A stretch of 63,932 bases of DNA, the filler included, from a bacterium (GTDB taxonomy: Bacteria > UBP15 > UBA6099 > JAJRTR01): assembly GCA_024278215.1 (NCBI GenBank). It is 4 parts of 4 records of this genome, joined end to end, with 100 filler letters (N's around TTAATTAATTAA, not from the genome) between each part and the next. Parts side by side here need not be neighbours in the genome. Positions count along the whole stretch, not along the records: positions 21,809 to 41,401 come from JAJRTR010000054.1; 3 more parts are not named here. One strand, given 5' to 3'. Made by a program: the position numbers and the translations under genes. The notes beneath the pieces were generated by a model. The model saw only the letters and a program-made list of their open reading frames with translations, was not told where the DNA came from and searched no databases. This document shows, one piece after another, positions 28,041 to 38,145 of this stretch; the stretch's first letter is position 1, and each line of letters opens with the position of its first letter.

Positions 28041-29289
28041 TGTCGAAAACCGGCAAGTCCCCTTTATTGAACAATTCTATCGTCGATCGTATTTCATTAA
28101 TAAAACCTGTCGAGCAAATTACGATTGCGTCGGCGTCGAGCATCTCGATGTTCACAGGCGGCTCTATAACGCGCCCCATGAATATTGAGCCCTGTTTTGC
28201 CGGGTTGGAATCAATAATCCCCGCGATACCCATACCGGTTTCTTCTGCGGCCCTGATTATTATCCTGCCCGACTCCGATGCGCCGAAGCAAATTATTCTT
28301 CTTATCCCCTTCGACCTCAAACCGCCCATCATGACATGTCCGACAAAATCCTTTAATAGTCTGACATTCTTTATATGCTCGGCGCAACTCATGAATTCTC
28401 TATGTATCGCATTTATGCCGGGGGTATCAGGCGACGTATCACGCGAGGTGAAAAAATCTGTATATTTCATCTTATGATCTTCTATGAATCTTCTGTCTTC
28501 TTCAATGAAAATATAGTCGTCGTTCTCGATAATATCCCGCCATTTAGAATAGAAATACGCCTTTCCTTTATCCATATTTTTCTTCATCTTTCTTTTATCC
28601 GCATTGAGTGTGATCGAACTGAAATGTTCTATCCTCGACCAAGGGCTGTATACTACCTTTTTCCCCGCGGCTCGCACTCTCAGGCAGATATCCACATCCT
28701 CATAACAATTATCCAGGTTCTCATCAAAGTCACCTATAGCATGGAAAAAATTCTTTTCAATGCAAAGGCACACACCCGCAAGAGCCTGAAACTCGCGAAC
28801 CCGGTTCACTGCCGGCGCACGTGCATCAATATTCGAGTACAGCGGATAGTGATTCTTTTCGCGATCAAATACCATCCCGGCATACTGCACCCGCCCTCCA
28901 CCTGGATACAGTGACATGCAGCCCACAATGCCCACATTCTCAATTTGTTCATAAACATCGGTCAGACCCTCGATCCAGCCTTCTCCCGGTATCGTGTCAT
29001 TGTTCAGAAAAACAAGAAATTCTCCTTTGCTGATTTTTGCACCCGCATTATTGCCCTTTGCATATCCCATGTTTTTGTTGAATCGAACGATGCGCATATT
29101 ATCTCTTTCCGTCAACGTCTTCGTTTCATCGTCCGATCCGTTATCCACCAGTATGATCTCATAAGCGCCTTTCGTATTTCGCGCTATCGCGTCAAGACAT
29201 CCGACTGTATACTCATACTGGTTGTAGACCGGAATAATAATACTGCATCGCGGTGTCTGTATGGTGTCGATAATTCTTTCTTTCGTCAT
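28024..29289 (-). CDS. GT2-family glycosyltransferase with C-terminal Rossmann-like domain
   Basis: SIIIPVYN, VDNGSDD, FLNND and YEDVD motifs. Confidence 0.9.
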   Translation of the reverse strand: MTKERIIDTIQTPRCSIIIPVYNQYEYTVGCLDAIARNTKGAYEIILVDNGSDDETKTLTERDNMRIVRFNKNMGYAKGNNAGAKISKGEFLVFLNNDTIPGEGWIEGLTDVYEQIENVGIVGCMSLYPGGGRVQYAGMVFDREKNHYPLYSNIDARAPAVNRVREFQALAGVCLCIEKNFFHAIGDFDENLDNCYEDVDICLRVRAAGKKVVYSPWSRIEHFSSITLNADKRKMKKNMDKGKAYFYSKWRDIIENDDYIFIEEDRRFIEDHKMKYTDFFTSRDTSPDTPGINAIHREFMSCAEHIKNVRLLKDFVGHVMMGGLRSKGIRRIICFGASESGRIIIRAAEETGMGIAGIIDSNPAKQGSIFMGRVIEPPVNIEMLDADAIVICSTGFINEIRSTIELFNKGDLPVFDIAFDY

Positions 29290-29408
29290 ATTCCGAACCT
29301 TTTCAGCCGATTCACTCGCAAAATAACATAATTATGAGAACACCGCAGTGTGCCATGCACTAAGTTATTTGCTTTGTGCATGTGCACAGGGTTTTAGCCC
29401 GGTTATTA

Positions 29409-29435
29409 AACCCGCGTTTGTGAAATATGCGGGTT
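29409..29435. repeat. 27-bp palindrome, isolated end module of MITE family B
   Basis: AACCCGCGTTTGTGAAATATGCGGGTT; its reverse complement matches 34234-34260 and 32398-32424. Confidence 0.7.
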
Positions 29436-29440
29436 AGGTC

Positions 29441-29530
29441 CAATACCGTTCACTTAAGGCGATAAAGAATCATAATATCATGATAAACACTGACTTTTGA
29501 GCACCTATATTGCTTAAGTGACTGGTATTG
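29441..29530. mobile_element. MITE family C, 90 bp, IS4-like ends
   Basis: TIRs CAATACCGTTCACTTAAG / CTTAAGTGACTGGTATTG; flanks GGGTTAGGTC / GGGTTAGCCC form an imperfect 10-bp TSD. Confidence 0.75.
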
Positions 29531-29573
29531 GGGTTAGCCCGGCCACTATATCCATAAGAACGCCGCCACGAAG

Positions 29574-30698
29574 TCATCTGAAACATGATGATATAATATC
29601 GATTGTTTTACGAGCGGTTTCATCCCATGAAAACATTCCTGCCCTCTCCAGCGAACTGCGCGCCATTTTTGCAAGAAGCGCAGGGGATGACATGAGCTGA
29701 TCCATCGCCTCTGTCATTACGGCAACATCGCCCGGCTCAATAAGACATGCGCAATCCCCGGTTATTTCAGGAATGGACGAGCATCTGGAAGACAACACAG
29801 GAGTCCCCGCCGCCATGGCTTCCAATACAGGCAATCCGAATCCTTCATACGATGTCGGATATACGTACAATACCGCGCCGCAATAGAGCGCCGCAAGGTC
29901 CTCGACCGGTATAAACTCTGTAAACACTATACTCCCGTTCGCGACCCCGCGACCGGCTGCCTCATATACACCATCTACATTCCAACCCCTTTTTCCCACA
30001 ATCACCAGTTTCATTGATTCCGATTGAAGGTAGACGCTTTGATAAAATGCTTTTATCAGGCAATCGACATTCTTTCGTGGTTCAATCATACCCGAAAACA
30101 ACACATAGCGTTTATAATCCAGACTATATTTTTGCAGTGTCGACTTGATCTCATCAACAGACCTCGGAGAAAAGAGATCAGATACGCCGAGATGAATGAC
30201 TTTTAATTTATCGGCGTCAATATCAAATGTTTTCTCTATATCGTCTCTCGTGCAACAACTGTCACAAATAACTGCCCGGGCGCTGTTTATAATCTTTTTG
30301 ATGTTGTCAAATGTGAAATTACGTTTGACGGCATCCGTGAAATACTCAGGTCGGATGATAGGTATAATGTCATGGATGACGACAGCAAGAGGTGTCTTCA
30401 TGTGAATTTCGTTCATAAGGAAAGGCATCAGGCAAATGTCCGCATCAGCGGCGTCAACTTCATTTGCGAATACGCGGAGCGAATCGGGGTCTTCCCACTC
30501 GGCCCGTGAAATCCTTACATCCGCGACAGACATTGAGATCGGTATGTCGGATATTCTTCGATGTGATGAAAAAAAAGCGGTAATTTCATTACCGGATTCA
30601 TTCTTAATCATCGAATCGAGTACATTGCGGGTATACACTCCGACACCGCTTCGGAAAAAATACGACCTGGCGTCTACCACAATTTTCATTTGCCGCAA
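29574..30698 (-). CDS. GT4-family glycosyltransferase
   Basis: GVGVY, EPRKN and YEGFGLPVLEAMAAGTPV motifs. Confidence 0.92.
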   Translation of the reverse strand: MRQMKIVVDARSYFFRSGVGVYTRNVLDSMIKNESGNEITAFFSSHRRISDIPISMSVADVRISRAEWEDPDSLRVFANEVDAADADICLMPFLMNEIHMKTPLAVVIHDIIPIIRPEYFTDAVKRNFTFDNIKKIINSARAVICDSCCTRDDIEKTFDIDADKLKVIHLGVSDLFSPRSVDEIKSTLQKYSLDYKRYVLFSGMIEPRKNVDCLIKAFYQSVYLQSESMKLVIVGKRGWNVDGVYEAAGRGVANGSIVFTEFIPVEDLAALYCGAVLYVYPTSYEGFGLPVLEAMAAGTPVLSSRCSSIPEITGDCACLIEPGDVAVMTEAMDQLMSSPALLAKMARSSLERAGMFSWDETARKTIDIISSCFR

Positions 30699-30763
30699 GT
30701 CTCCGAATCGATGTGCATTTCAATTATCGCCTTTAACGTAATATGCCATCTGACATCTCATGT

Positions 30764-31933
30764 TTACAGGAACAAACTTCGATAAATATCAACAAGCGTC
30801 TTCGTGTTCGCTCGAATATCAAATTTTTCACACACCCATTCACCGGCTCTTTTTCCCATCCTGCCGTACAGTTCAATGTTGCTCAAAAGGGTCACGATCC
30901 TGTCGGCCAACGCATTATCATCTCCATGCGGCACGAGGAATCCGGTCTCGCCGTCTATTATTGTTTCAGGAGTTCCACCCGTTGCGAAACTCACTACCGG
31001 TCTGCAAAGCGTCTGGGCCTCCACCAGCAGCAGCCCCAGGCCCTCGAATCTGCTCGTCATTGCAACAACATCCATGGCGCATATTGCCATGTATTGATTC
31101 CGGACATGTCCGAATCGTCGCACCCTGTCCCTGATTCCAAGCTCCGATGCCAGCGAATTTATATCGACATCCTCATGACCTTTGCCCACCAGCATCAGCA
31201 ATGCGTCTTCCCGCTGCGCGGCTACCATACTGAATGCCCTGAGCATGGCATCCACTCCTTTTCGCGGGCTTAACTGTGAAACTGTCCCCACAATCGTGGC
31301 TTCCACAGGGAGCCCCAACAAATCACGAGCTTCCTTCTTTGTCACCGCCTCCGCCGATATTTCATCGAGGTACAATCCACAATAATGCACTTTCATCAGC
31401 GTTTCATTTACGCCTTCAGCAATTAAAAGACTTTTTACGCTATTGCTTATAGGCAACAATAGATCGGCTTGATTCAAAACCCGGGCATCCATTGCCTTAT
31501 AAGAATCCGGTTTATCGTGACTGCCGCCCATGAGTGTTGAGACAACACGACAATCCGCTATGCCTTCCAACATCTTAGCTGCCACTAATGCACAATAGCA
31601 GGACATTCCAGTGTTTGCGTGGAATATTACTTTCATCCCGGCAGCCTTGCGACAGTTTTGTTCGACAATATTCCCTATCTTCATTGAAGCATTAGCAAGC
31701 TTCTTAATATCACGCTTGAAAATATCAGTTGTAATGCGCTCTTCGATACAGTCCGAAACTTCATTTAAAAAAGTAACATCGTCATAAAGATCGTCGATTT
31801 CACCGTTTGTAACAAGTATCTGACTGATTCCGCCGTATTCGCTTAGTTCCTTAATCACATTAACAACGGCGCGACCGCCCCCAAAGTGCAGAAACGGCAT
31901 AAGGTGAATTATGAGGTATTTGTTTTGTTTCAT
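30764..31933 (-). CDS. GT4-family glycosyltransferase
   Basis: FGGG, RKG and FEGLGLLLVEAQ..GGTPE motifs. Confidence 0.9.
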   Translation of the reverse strand: MKQNKYLIIHLMPFLHFGGGRAVVNVIKELSEYGGISQILVTNGEIDDLYDDVTFLNEVSDCIEERITTDIFKRDIKKLANASMKIGNIVEQNCRKAAGMKVIFHANTGMSCYCALVAAKMLEGIADCRVVSTLMGGSHDKPDSYKAMDARVLNQADLLLPISNSVKSLLIAEGVNETLMKVHYCGLYLDEISAEAVTKKEARDLLGLPVEATIVGTVSQLSPRKGVDAMLRAFSMVAAQREDALLMLVGKGHEDVDINSLASELGIRDRVRRFGHVRNQYMAICAMDVVAMTSRFEGLGLLLVEAQTLCRPVVSFATGGTPETIIDGETGFLVPHGDDNALADRIVTLLSNIELYGRMGKRAGEWVCEKFDIRANTKTLVDIYRSLFL

Positions 31934-32301
31934 ATTCTCAAACTATACCTGTTAACAACATGTTCCGGCAATGCGCACAGGTAGAGAATCGACGGCGCGC
32001 TAATTATCGTAATAAGGAAAAGCATGTGCAGTTACCTGCTACATCGTGCATAAGGCATTCTTGTGAAACACCGGCTTTCCCTTCCTCAGGACGATCCGTA
32101 TACCGTATAATATAGCAGTCTTTGAAAGAAGCGGAAACCCAGGATGTCTTTCTTTGAAAAGAATCTCCAAGCGCACACCCACAGAGATTTCCCTGTTAAA
32201 TATGAAATTATTGAGAAGCTATGCACGGAAACGCCACTGGAGACGGTGGAAACACCGTTGCGTGATTGTCCCACGGCATTTGGGTTCGACGGATTTAACG
32301 C

Positions 32302-32392
32302 CAATACCGTTCAGTTAAGACCTAATGTACCAAATAACGCCAGTGTTTATCAGCGTTTCTATTGTTTCCCTGCCCGTATTTGAACGGTATAG
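32302..32392. mobile_element. MITE family C, 91 bp, IS4-like ends
   Basis: Left TIR CAATACCGTTCAGTTAAG, degenerate right end ..TGAACGGTATAG, perfect 10-bp TSD GATTTAACGC. Confidence 0.75.
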
Positions 32393-32397
32393 GATTT

Positions 32398-32596
32398 AAC
32401 GCGCATATTTCACCAATGCAGGCCAAAAATCGGGGGAATGCCTGTGACAGGCGTGGCAAGTGAGTGGTGAGAGAGCAGCCGACCAGTCGGCCTCTTGCTC
32501 AAAATGCCGGTATGTGACCGGTCCCGAATCGCTGCCGCAACGCAGTAGAACATGCCTTATCGCGATTTTCCGGATTTCTTTGTGAAAAATCCCGGG
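32398..32596 (+). mobile_element. MITE family B copy
   Basis: Aligns by eye with 34234-34412, with an extra internal hairpin GCCGACCAGTCGGC. Confidence 0.65.
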
Positions 32597-32680
32597 GAAG
32601 ATAAATGGGGCGCGCTTTACAGCACAACGAATCCTGTCAAAGAGGACGAACGCTGGAGCAAGGCACAACTTCTCATTACT

Positions 32681-32858
32681 GAGCCAATTGCAAAATTCTG
32701 ATTCTGCTGCGGTCGGCTGCAATTGTCCATAGCTGCGTTGTCAGCACAAAATCATCCTCGACGTACTCGATGAGTATGCCTGCGGGGATTTTGCCCCTCC
32801 GCCTTGCTACGAACAATTTTGCTCGACCTCGCTACGAACATAATGTGGCAATTGGCTC
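32681..32858 (-). mobile_element. MITE family A, 178 bp
   Basis: TIR GAGCCAATTGC, 4-bp TSD TACT; reverse-complement homolog of 62857-63034. Confidence 0.85.
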
Positions 32859-33162
32859 TACTGTCTTTTATATCAAGCTCAAATAATTTTTGGATTTAAC
32901 ATTTCTCCTGGAAAACATGCTTGGGAACCTGAAATGACAAATTATTACAGGCAGATTATACCATAATATGGTATAATCTACCCGATCAATCATCGCTCTG
33001 CCTTTTGTCAATGCGAACAGGATATAAGAAGAATATGAACAATAATTCAAGTAGTCAGCATATATCATTTAATGAGAAGTATGCGATATTCGAACGATCA
33101 ATGCAAACCCAACTAATGAGGATTCTGGAAAACAACCCATTCTTGAAAAGATTGACTGCCCT

Positions 33163-33981
33163 GTGTGCAACAGTACATCTTCACACCGGCATGTGAAAAA
33201 ATGGAGCATGACGTACCGATTGTGTGAGGAGTGCAAGAGCATTTTTCTCTCTCCCCGACTGCCTGAAAAGATACTCATGGAAAGCTTCTACAGTGATGAA
33301 TTGTCTAGCCTGCACAGGGATTGGTTACTGGATGCGCTGGAAGCAGTTCAGGGGGTGAATTACAGGTACCGGCTAGACGAAATTTACAGACATCAGGGTA
33401 GTGCAACAGGAAGGCTCCTTGACGTGGGGTGCGCTTGCGGAGGATTCCTTTTGGAAGCAAGACGTCGAGGATGGGATGCGATAGGGCAGGAAGTCAGCGT
33501 TTTGTTTGCAAGTGTACTGCATGAACGCGGAATCAGCATGGTCCATGATTTAAAGGAGGTCGAACACGGAAGTGTTGACACAGTCACATTATGGTCGGTG
33601 TTCGAACATGTATATGAACCCGGGCAATTACTGGAAGAATTGAGGACGAAATTGAGGAGTGGAGGACTGCTGTGCATAGCGGTCCCGAACAGCCGGTCGG
33701 CAGGCGCCCTTTTGTTCGGTGCCGATTGGCCCCTCTTCACACCACCGGAACATGTGGTTTGTTTCGCGCCGGAGGCTCTCAGGAAGCTTCTCCTACAACA
33801 TGGATTCCGCATAAGACAAATGCGAACAACATGCTGCTGGAGTTATGTCCGCAATGCACTCCTTCAAACCTGCAACAGCGATCCCGGCGATGCTACGCGA
33901 AACGGCCCTGCGTTTTACAGGAAGGTGATCGATCAGTTCGACGCGGGTGATATGATCGAAGTTTTTGCAGAAAGAATATAA
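33163..33981 (+). CDS. Class I SAM-dependent methyltransferase; true 5' end uncertain
   Basis: LLDVGCACG, VFEH..P, AVPN and PEH motifs. The CPVC motif begins upstream of the GTG start. Confidence 0.8.
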   Translation: MCNSTSSHRHVKKWSMTYRLCEECKSIFLSPRLPEKILMESFYSDELSSLHRDWLLDALEAVQGVNYRYRLDEIYRHQGSATGRLLDVGCACGGFLLEARRRGWDAIGQEVSVLFASVLHERGISMVHDLKEVEHGSVDTVTLWSVFEHVYEPGQLLEELRTKLRSGGLLCIAVPNSRSAGALLFGADWPLFTPPEHVVCFAPEALRKLLLQHGFRIRQMRTTCCWSYVRNALLQTCNSDPGDATRNGPAFYRKVIDQFDAGDMIEVFAERI

Positions 33982-34233
33982 GCATTGGGGGACAATCCTG
34001 CTATTATGCTTTGCCGTGAAGCTGCATCCGGGCTCGAGAGCACCCGAAACGTGTGCATCCTGTCACCTATTCTGACGGAAGTGTGAAAAACACCCCATTT
34101 TCTCAAACCGCATAGAAAAAACTTGCGCCGTCGGGATCTAATATTTTCTTTTCTCTAATAATTCCCGTACTTCCTCTGCTTCTGAACTTTCCTTAACATC
34201 AGGTTTGCATTATAATTTCCAATATGGTGGTCT

Positions 34234-34412
34234 ATCCCACATATTTCACAAATGCGGGTTCAAAAACCGGAAGAACGCCTATAATGCAATGCGCGGCAAG
34301 TGAGTGGTGCGTGAGCATACTGAAAGTATGTGACCGATCCCGAATCGCCGTCGCAACGCAGTAAAATAGGCGTTATCCCGATTTTCCGGATTTCTTTGTG
34401 AGGAATCCGGGT
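34234..34412 (+). mobile_element. MITE family B, about 179 bp
   Basis: Ends ATCCCACATATTTCACAAA / TTTGTGAGGAATCCGGGT; internal IR AACGCCTAT..ATAGGCGTT. Confidence 0.7.
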
Positions 34413-34436
34413 CAGTTACCGGAACAGGGAAGGTTT

Positions 34437-35999
34437 ATGGAGAAGAAAAAACTGCTGATTGCATGCGCGCCGCAGGTAATGGTTTTTCGGGCGGCTGAAA
34501 TGCTGTCCGTGCGTGAGTGTAACACTGCATACACGATTATAACCAGGGAAAATCGAGTCGACGAATCACGCGACCGCCTACCGGGATGGGAGATCATCAC
34601 TTATGCTGGAGAATACCTGAACCCATGGACACTTTCGGATGAAACACTGCAAGCATGCCGGGCCGCAGCACGGGACGGGGTGTTTTTCGTGTGCAATAGT
34701 GATAATTGCAACGGATATCTTAATATTAACATCCTTGCGCATACGTTCAGTAGGAGTGTTGCGGCTGTTACACCATCCATGAAACTGATCATTCCCCGTT
34801 TACCCGAAACGCTACAGGAAATGATTTCCCGTAATGATATGGAAAAAATCCGGTCATACGTGGAGTCGACTCCTGAATATATTCACATGAAACACGATAT
34901 AGCCTCTGCTGTACGATCACCCACGACGATGGTGGGGCCTCGACATGTGCATCTCAGCGTGTCCACTGCATGTAATTATAAGTGTGTTATGTGCGCTTTT
35001 CATTCTCCGAGAAATAAACCCGGGGAAATATCCCCTGACTTTCAGATGCCACCAGGCTACAAGCGCGCGGAAGACTTGAAAAAGGTTGTTATGAATTTCG
35101 ATGTTTTCAAAACCGTAGTCGACGACTTGCGTGATGTCGGCGGCGGAACAATCGTGTTTACAGGATTTGGCGAACCACTTTTGAACCCTCATATCTGTGA
35201 AATGATGCAATATGTTGCTGATAAAAATCTTGTTGCTAATGTTGTCACAAACGGTCGCCTTATGGACGTGGAAATAAGGGATACGATAGGTAGGACGGAA
35301 GTCCGTGTTGTACATATAAGTTTAAACTCAGCGTCACCCGCGACATACGCTCGCATTCATACAAATATGCCGGAAGAAGGATTCGACATTGTTGTTTCGA
35401 ATATCGCGGGACTTGTGGAAGAAAAAAAGAAATGCGGAATAGGCCCTGATATAGGTATTTCCTTCGTGCTCAGCTCAATCAACATCCATGAAATAGGGGA
35501 TATGCTGAAGCTTGGTTCTGAACTCGGTGTGGACTACATAGCACTTGTTCCGGTTTTTGTGTTTCCGGAAATCCGCGACCTCCTGCTCGAGTCCGGCGAC
35601 ATAGAACAAGTTCGGACCGAAGTTCGTGCTTTTGAGAAAGCTAATGATAGCAGGCCAAGAATAAATGTTGATTTTTCGATGTGGAACCCAGAACCTCTAT
35701 CGACGAAGAATTTTCATTCAAAGGCGCCATGCTACATAGGATGGACTTTTACACAGATCACAAGCTGGGGCGATGTCAGGCCTTGTTGCTCTTGTTCAAG
35801 TGTAATGGGAAACGTACTGGAGGAGCCATTTGCAAAGATATGGAATAATGAAAAATACATTGAAATGAGAAAAAAAATGGCCGATCTGCCGACCCGGCGC
35901 AATCCTATTGCTAATTGCGGTTGTTATAGTTGCGGACACATCCGGGAAAACAGCAACATACATTATGAGGTAACGGGGCAGAGAATAGAAAACGTATGA
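34437..35999 (+). CDS. Radical SAM/SPASM protein with extra N-terminal domain
   Basis: CNYKCVMC, GFGEP, and CYIGW..GDVRPCC..GN..IWN..CYSC. Confidence 0.88.
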   Translation: MEKKKLLIACAPQVMVFRAAEMLSVRECNTAYTIITRENRVDESRDRLPGWEIITYAGEYLNPWTLSDETLQACRAAARDGVFFVCNSDNCNGYLNINILAHTFSRSVAAVTPSMKLIIPRLPETLQEMISRNDMEKIRSYVESTPEYIHMKHDIASAVRSPTTMVGPRHVHLSVSTACNYKCVMCAFHSPRNKPGEISPDFQMPPGYKRAEDLKKVVMNFDVFKTVVDDLRDVGGGTIVFTGFGEPLLNPHICEMMQYVADKNLVANVVTNGRLMDVEIRDTIGRTEVRVVHISLNSASPATYARIHTNMPEEGFDIVVSNIAGLVEEKKKCGIGPDIGISFVLSSINIHEIGDMLKLGSELGVDYIALVPVFVFPEIRDLLLESGDIEQVRTEVRAFEKANDSRPRINVDFSMWNPEPLSTKNFHSKAPCYIGWTFTQITSWGDVRPCCSCSSVMGNVLEEPFAKIWNNEKYIEMRKKMADLPTRRNPIANCGCYSCGHIRENSNIHYEVTGQRIENV

Positions 36000-37462
36000 A
36001 AAAAGACAAAAACAGCTCGAAAAGCAAGTGGGATGACAACTGGGCGGATCGACAGACCACCTGTATTGATGGGGCAATTCCGTATGTAGCGGAAATTATC
36101 CAAGATTGGATTCGCGTCATCGAGGGGAAGAAAATCCTCGAGGCGGGCTGCGGCGCTGGACTGGACTCGGCGCAACTTGCTCTCTGGGGTGCCGATACAC
36201 ACCTCATGGACCTGAGTCCAGGTGCCGTGGAGCTATCTTCGGAAAACTATGAATTGAACAAGGCGAACGGCGCGTTTTATGTTGGAGATCTGCAAAACTT
36301 GCCTTTTGCGGATCGATCATTTGACATCGTGTTCAATCGTGGTGTTGTCGAGCATTTTCTCGACCCGGTTTCTGTGTTGCGTGAAATGGCACGTGTATCT
36401 TCCACTTGGGTGATTGTCTTCGTTCCTTTCCGTTTCTCGGCATATACTTTAAACAAAAGGTTCAAGCAACTATTCAGCAACTGGGCTTTCCCGTGGGAAA
36501 CGGAATATTCGCTTGATGAATTAAAGGAAATATGCAAAAAAGCCGGACTTGAAGTACTGGGACATCGAGGAGTGGCTTATGGAAATGACCTGAATTCTGT
36601 ATGGAAAGCTCTCCGCGGAAAATCCAGCATGGTTCTCCAGGATATCAGGGAGTTTATGGAAGAAAATCTCCATGGTGTGGTTGAAATAGGAATTATCGCC
36701 CATCGGACGAATACATTGCCGAACAGGAATACGTCCGTACCGTCTGATCTCTACGACAACGACTATTACCACGTTTGCGAAGGCTTCTCTAATCCGAAAT
36801 CAAGAAGAATATCCCGTGTCGAAGAACTCATGGATATCCGTGCCGGCCAGAAAATGCTGGACATCGGTTGCGGCAGGGGAGAACACCTGGCCTTTGCTAT
36901 GGGAAAAGGCGCTTCGGTCGTAGGTATGGATTTTTCTTTTCAGTCATTGAGCTTGTCGAAAGACCGTCTTGGAAGCAATGCAGGGCTTGTCGCAGCCAAC
37001 GCATTATCGCTGCCGTTCAAGGACGATTCATTCGACTTCATAATAATGATCGATATTGTTGAACACCTGCTTGACAAAGAGCTGGACCACATGTTTTCAG
37101 AAGTGCGGCGAGTGCTGAAACAAAATGGATCCGCACTTATCCACACAGCGCCCAACCGGCTGTTCATTGAAAAAGGCCATGATTTTCTACGGGGGCTCTC
37201 GATGCTGATGTATGGGAAGTACATAAAAAAATATCCAAGGACAGTATACCTGGAGATGGTGCATGTGAACGAACAAACCCCCGACAGCCTGAAACACATG
37301 CTGGAGCCGTATTTCCATGCCGACGTTTTCGTCGAGCAGGGCGCAACAGGCTGCGGAGGGGACGAGCAATTTCAAAGCATGATCGAAACTCTATGCGGAA
37401 TTCCGGTATTGAAGAACTATTTTTGTGTGGACATCTTTGCCCGGTGCAGACCTATAAAATGA
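35996..37462 (+). CDS. Tandem double class I SAM methyltransferase
   Basis: Two motif-I copies (ILEAGCGAG, MLDIGCGRG), each followed by LPF.D.SFD and VEH. Confidence 0.88.
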   Translation: MKKDKNSSKSKWDDNWADRQTTCIDGAIPYVAEIIQDWIRVIEGKKILEAGCGAGLDSAQLALWGADTHLMDLSPGAVELSSENYELNKANGAFYVGDLQNLPFADRSFDIVFNRGVVEHFLDPVSVLREMARVSSTWVIVFVPFRFSAYTLNKRFKQLFSNWAFPWETEYSLDELKEICKKAGLEVLGHRGVAYGNDLNSVWKALRGKSSMVLQDIREFMEENLHGVVEIGIIAHRTNTLPNRNTSVPSDLYDNDYYHVCEGFSNPKSRRISRVEELMDIRAGQKMLDIGCGRGEHLAFAMGKGASVVGMDFSFQSLSLSKDRLGSNAGLVAANALSLPFKDDSFDFIIMIDIVEHLLDKELDHMFSEVRRVLKQNGSALIHTAPNRLFIEKGHDFLRGLSMLMYGKYIKKYPRTVYLEMVHVNEQTPDSLKHMLEPYFHADVFVEQGATGCGGDEQFQSMIETLCGIPVLKNYFCVDIFARCRPIK

Positions 37463-37584
37463 TGTCGAGACTGTCTTATGTCCTTGCAAAGGCGCTATAT
37501 TCTGCCCGAACAAAATTCTGTAGCACAGGCGTATCACCTTGCGGATTAAGGCTAAAAGCTTAGAACTATTGAGGGAGTGATGGA

Positions 37585-38145
37585 TTGATACTGATAATAA
37601 AAACAGCTCCAGATAAACACTTGCAAAAAGCACTGGCTCTTTTTGGCTCCGGTGAAAAAATATGTCTACTTGTTCAACCGTCTTCGAGGGAGAGAATCAG
37701 GAGTGAGTTCCCTAATTGTCGTATAATGCTTTTCCCCAGGGACGGAATGTTTGAAATATCTCATGTGACAGCAGATTTTATGAGAAACATGAGAAAAGAG
37801 AAATACAGCAAAGTCATATTGCTTTACAATACAAAAACCAGAATGTTCTATGATCATCTGGAGACACTGGCACGAGCATTTGATAGTCCGCAGGTTATAG
37901 GCATGTATCCCGACGGCAGTACCGAGGATCTGGTCGCCACTCCGTTTGGAACAGCGAAATTGAAAGCCCAGGTAGCCGTTGGCCGGATTGGGATTAGCAG
38001 TAATGCTGGTCGGGTCATTTCCTCATTACTGACCTTCGCTTATTTGCATATTCATTTCAAGAGCATAGAATTTGTGGAATATCTTACGCGCCCGGTCGCC
38101 GATGTCGTCAGGCAACGCCACAAAAGCAGGGATAAAAAATATTGA
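37585..38145 (+). CDS. Hypothetical protein, stand-alone copy of the N-terminal module of 38142-40952
   Basis: Clear homology (MILII, LVQP, FP.DGMF, ILLYN, HLE) to the next gene's N-terminus. Confidence 0.7.
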   Translation: MILIIKTAPDKHLQKALALFGSGEKICLLVQPSSRERIRSEFPNCRIMLFPRDGMFEISHVTADFMRNMRKEKYSKVILLYNTKTRMFYDHLETLARAFDSPQVIGMYPDGSTEDLVATPFGTAKLKAQVAVGRIGISSNAGRVISSLLTFAYLHIHFKSIEFVEYLTRPVADVVRQRHKSRDKKY

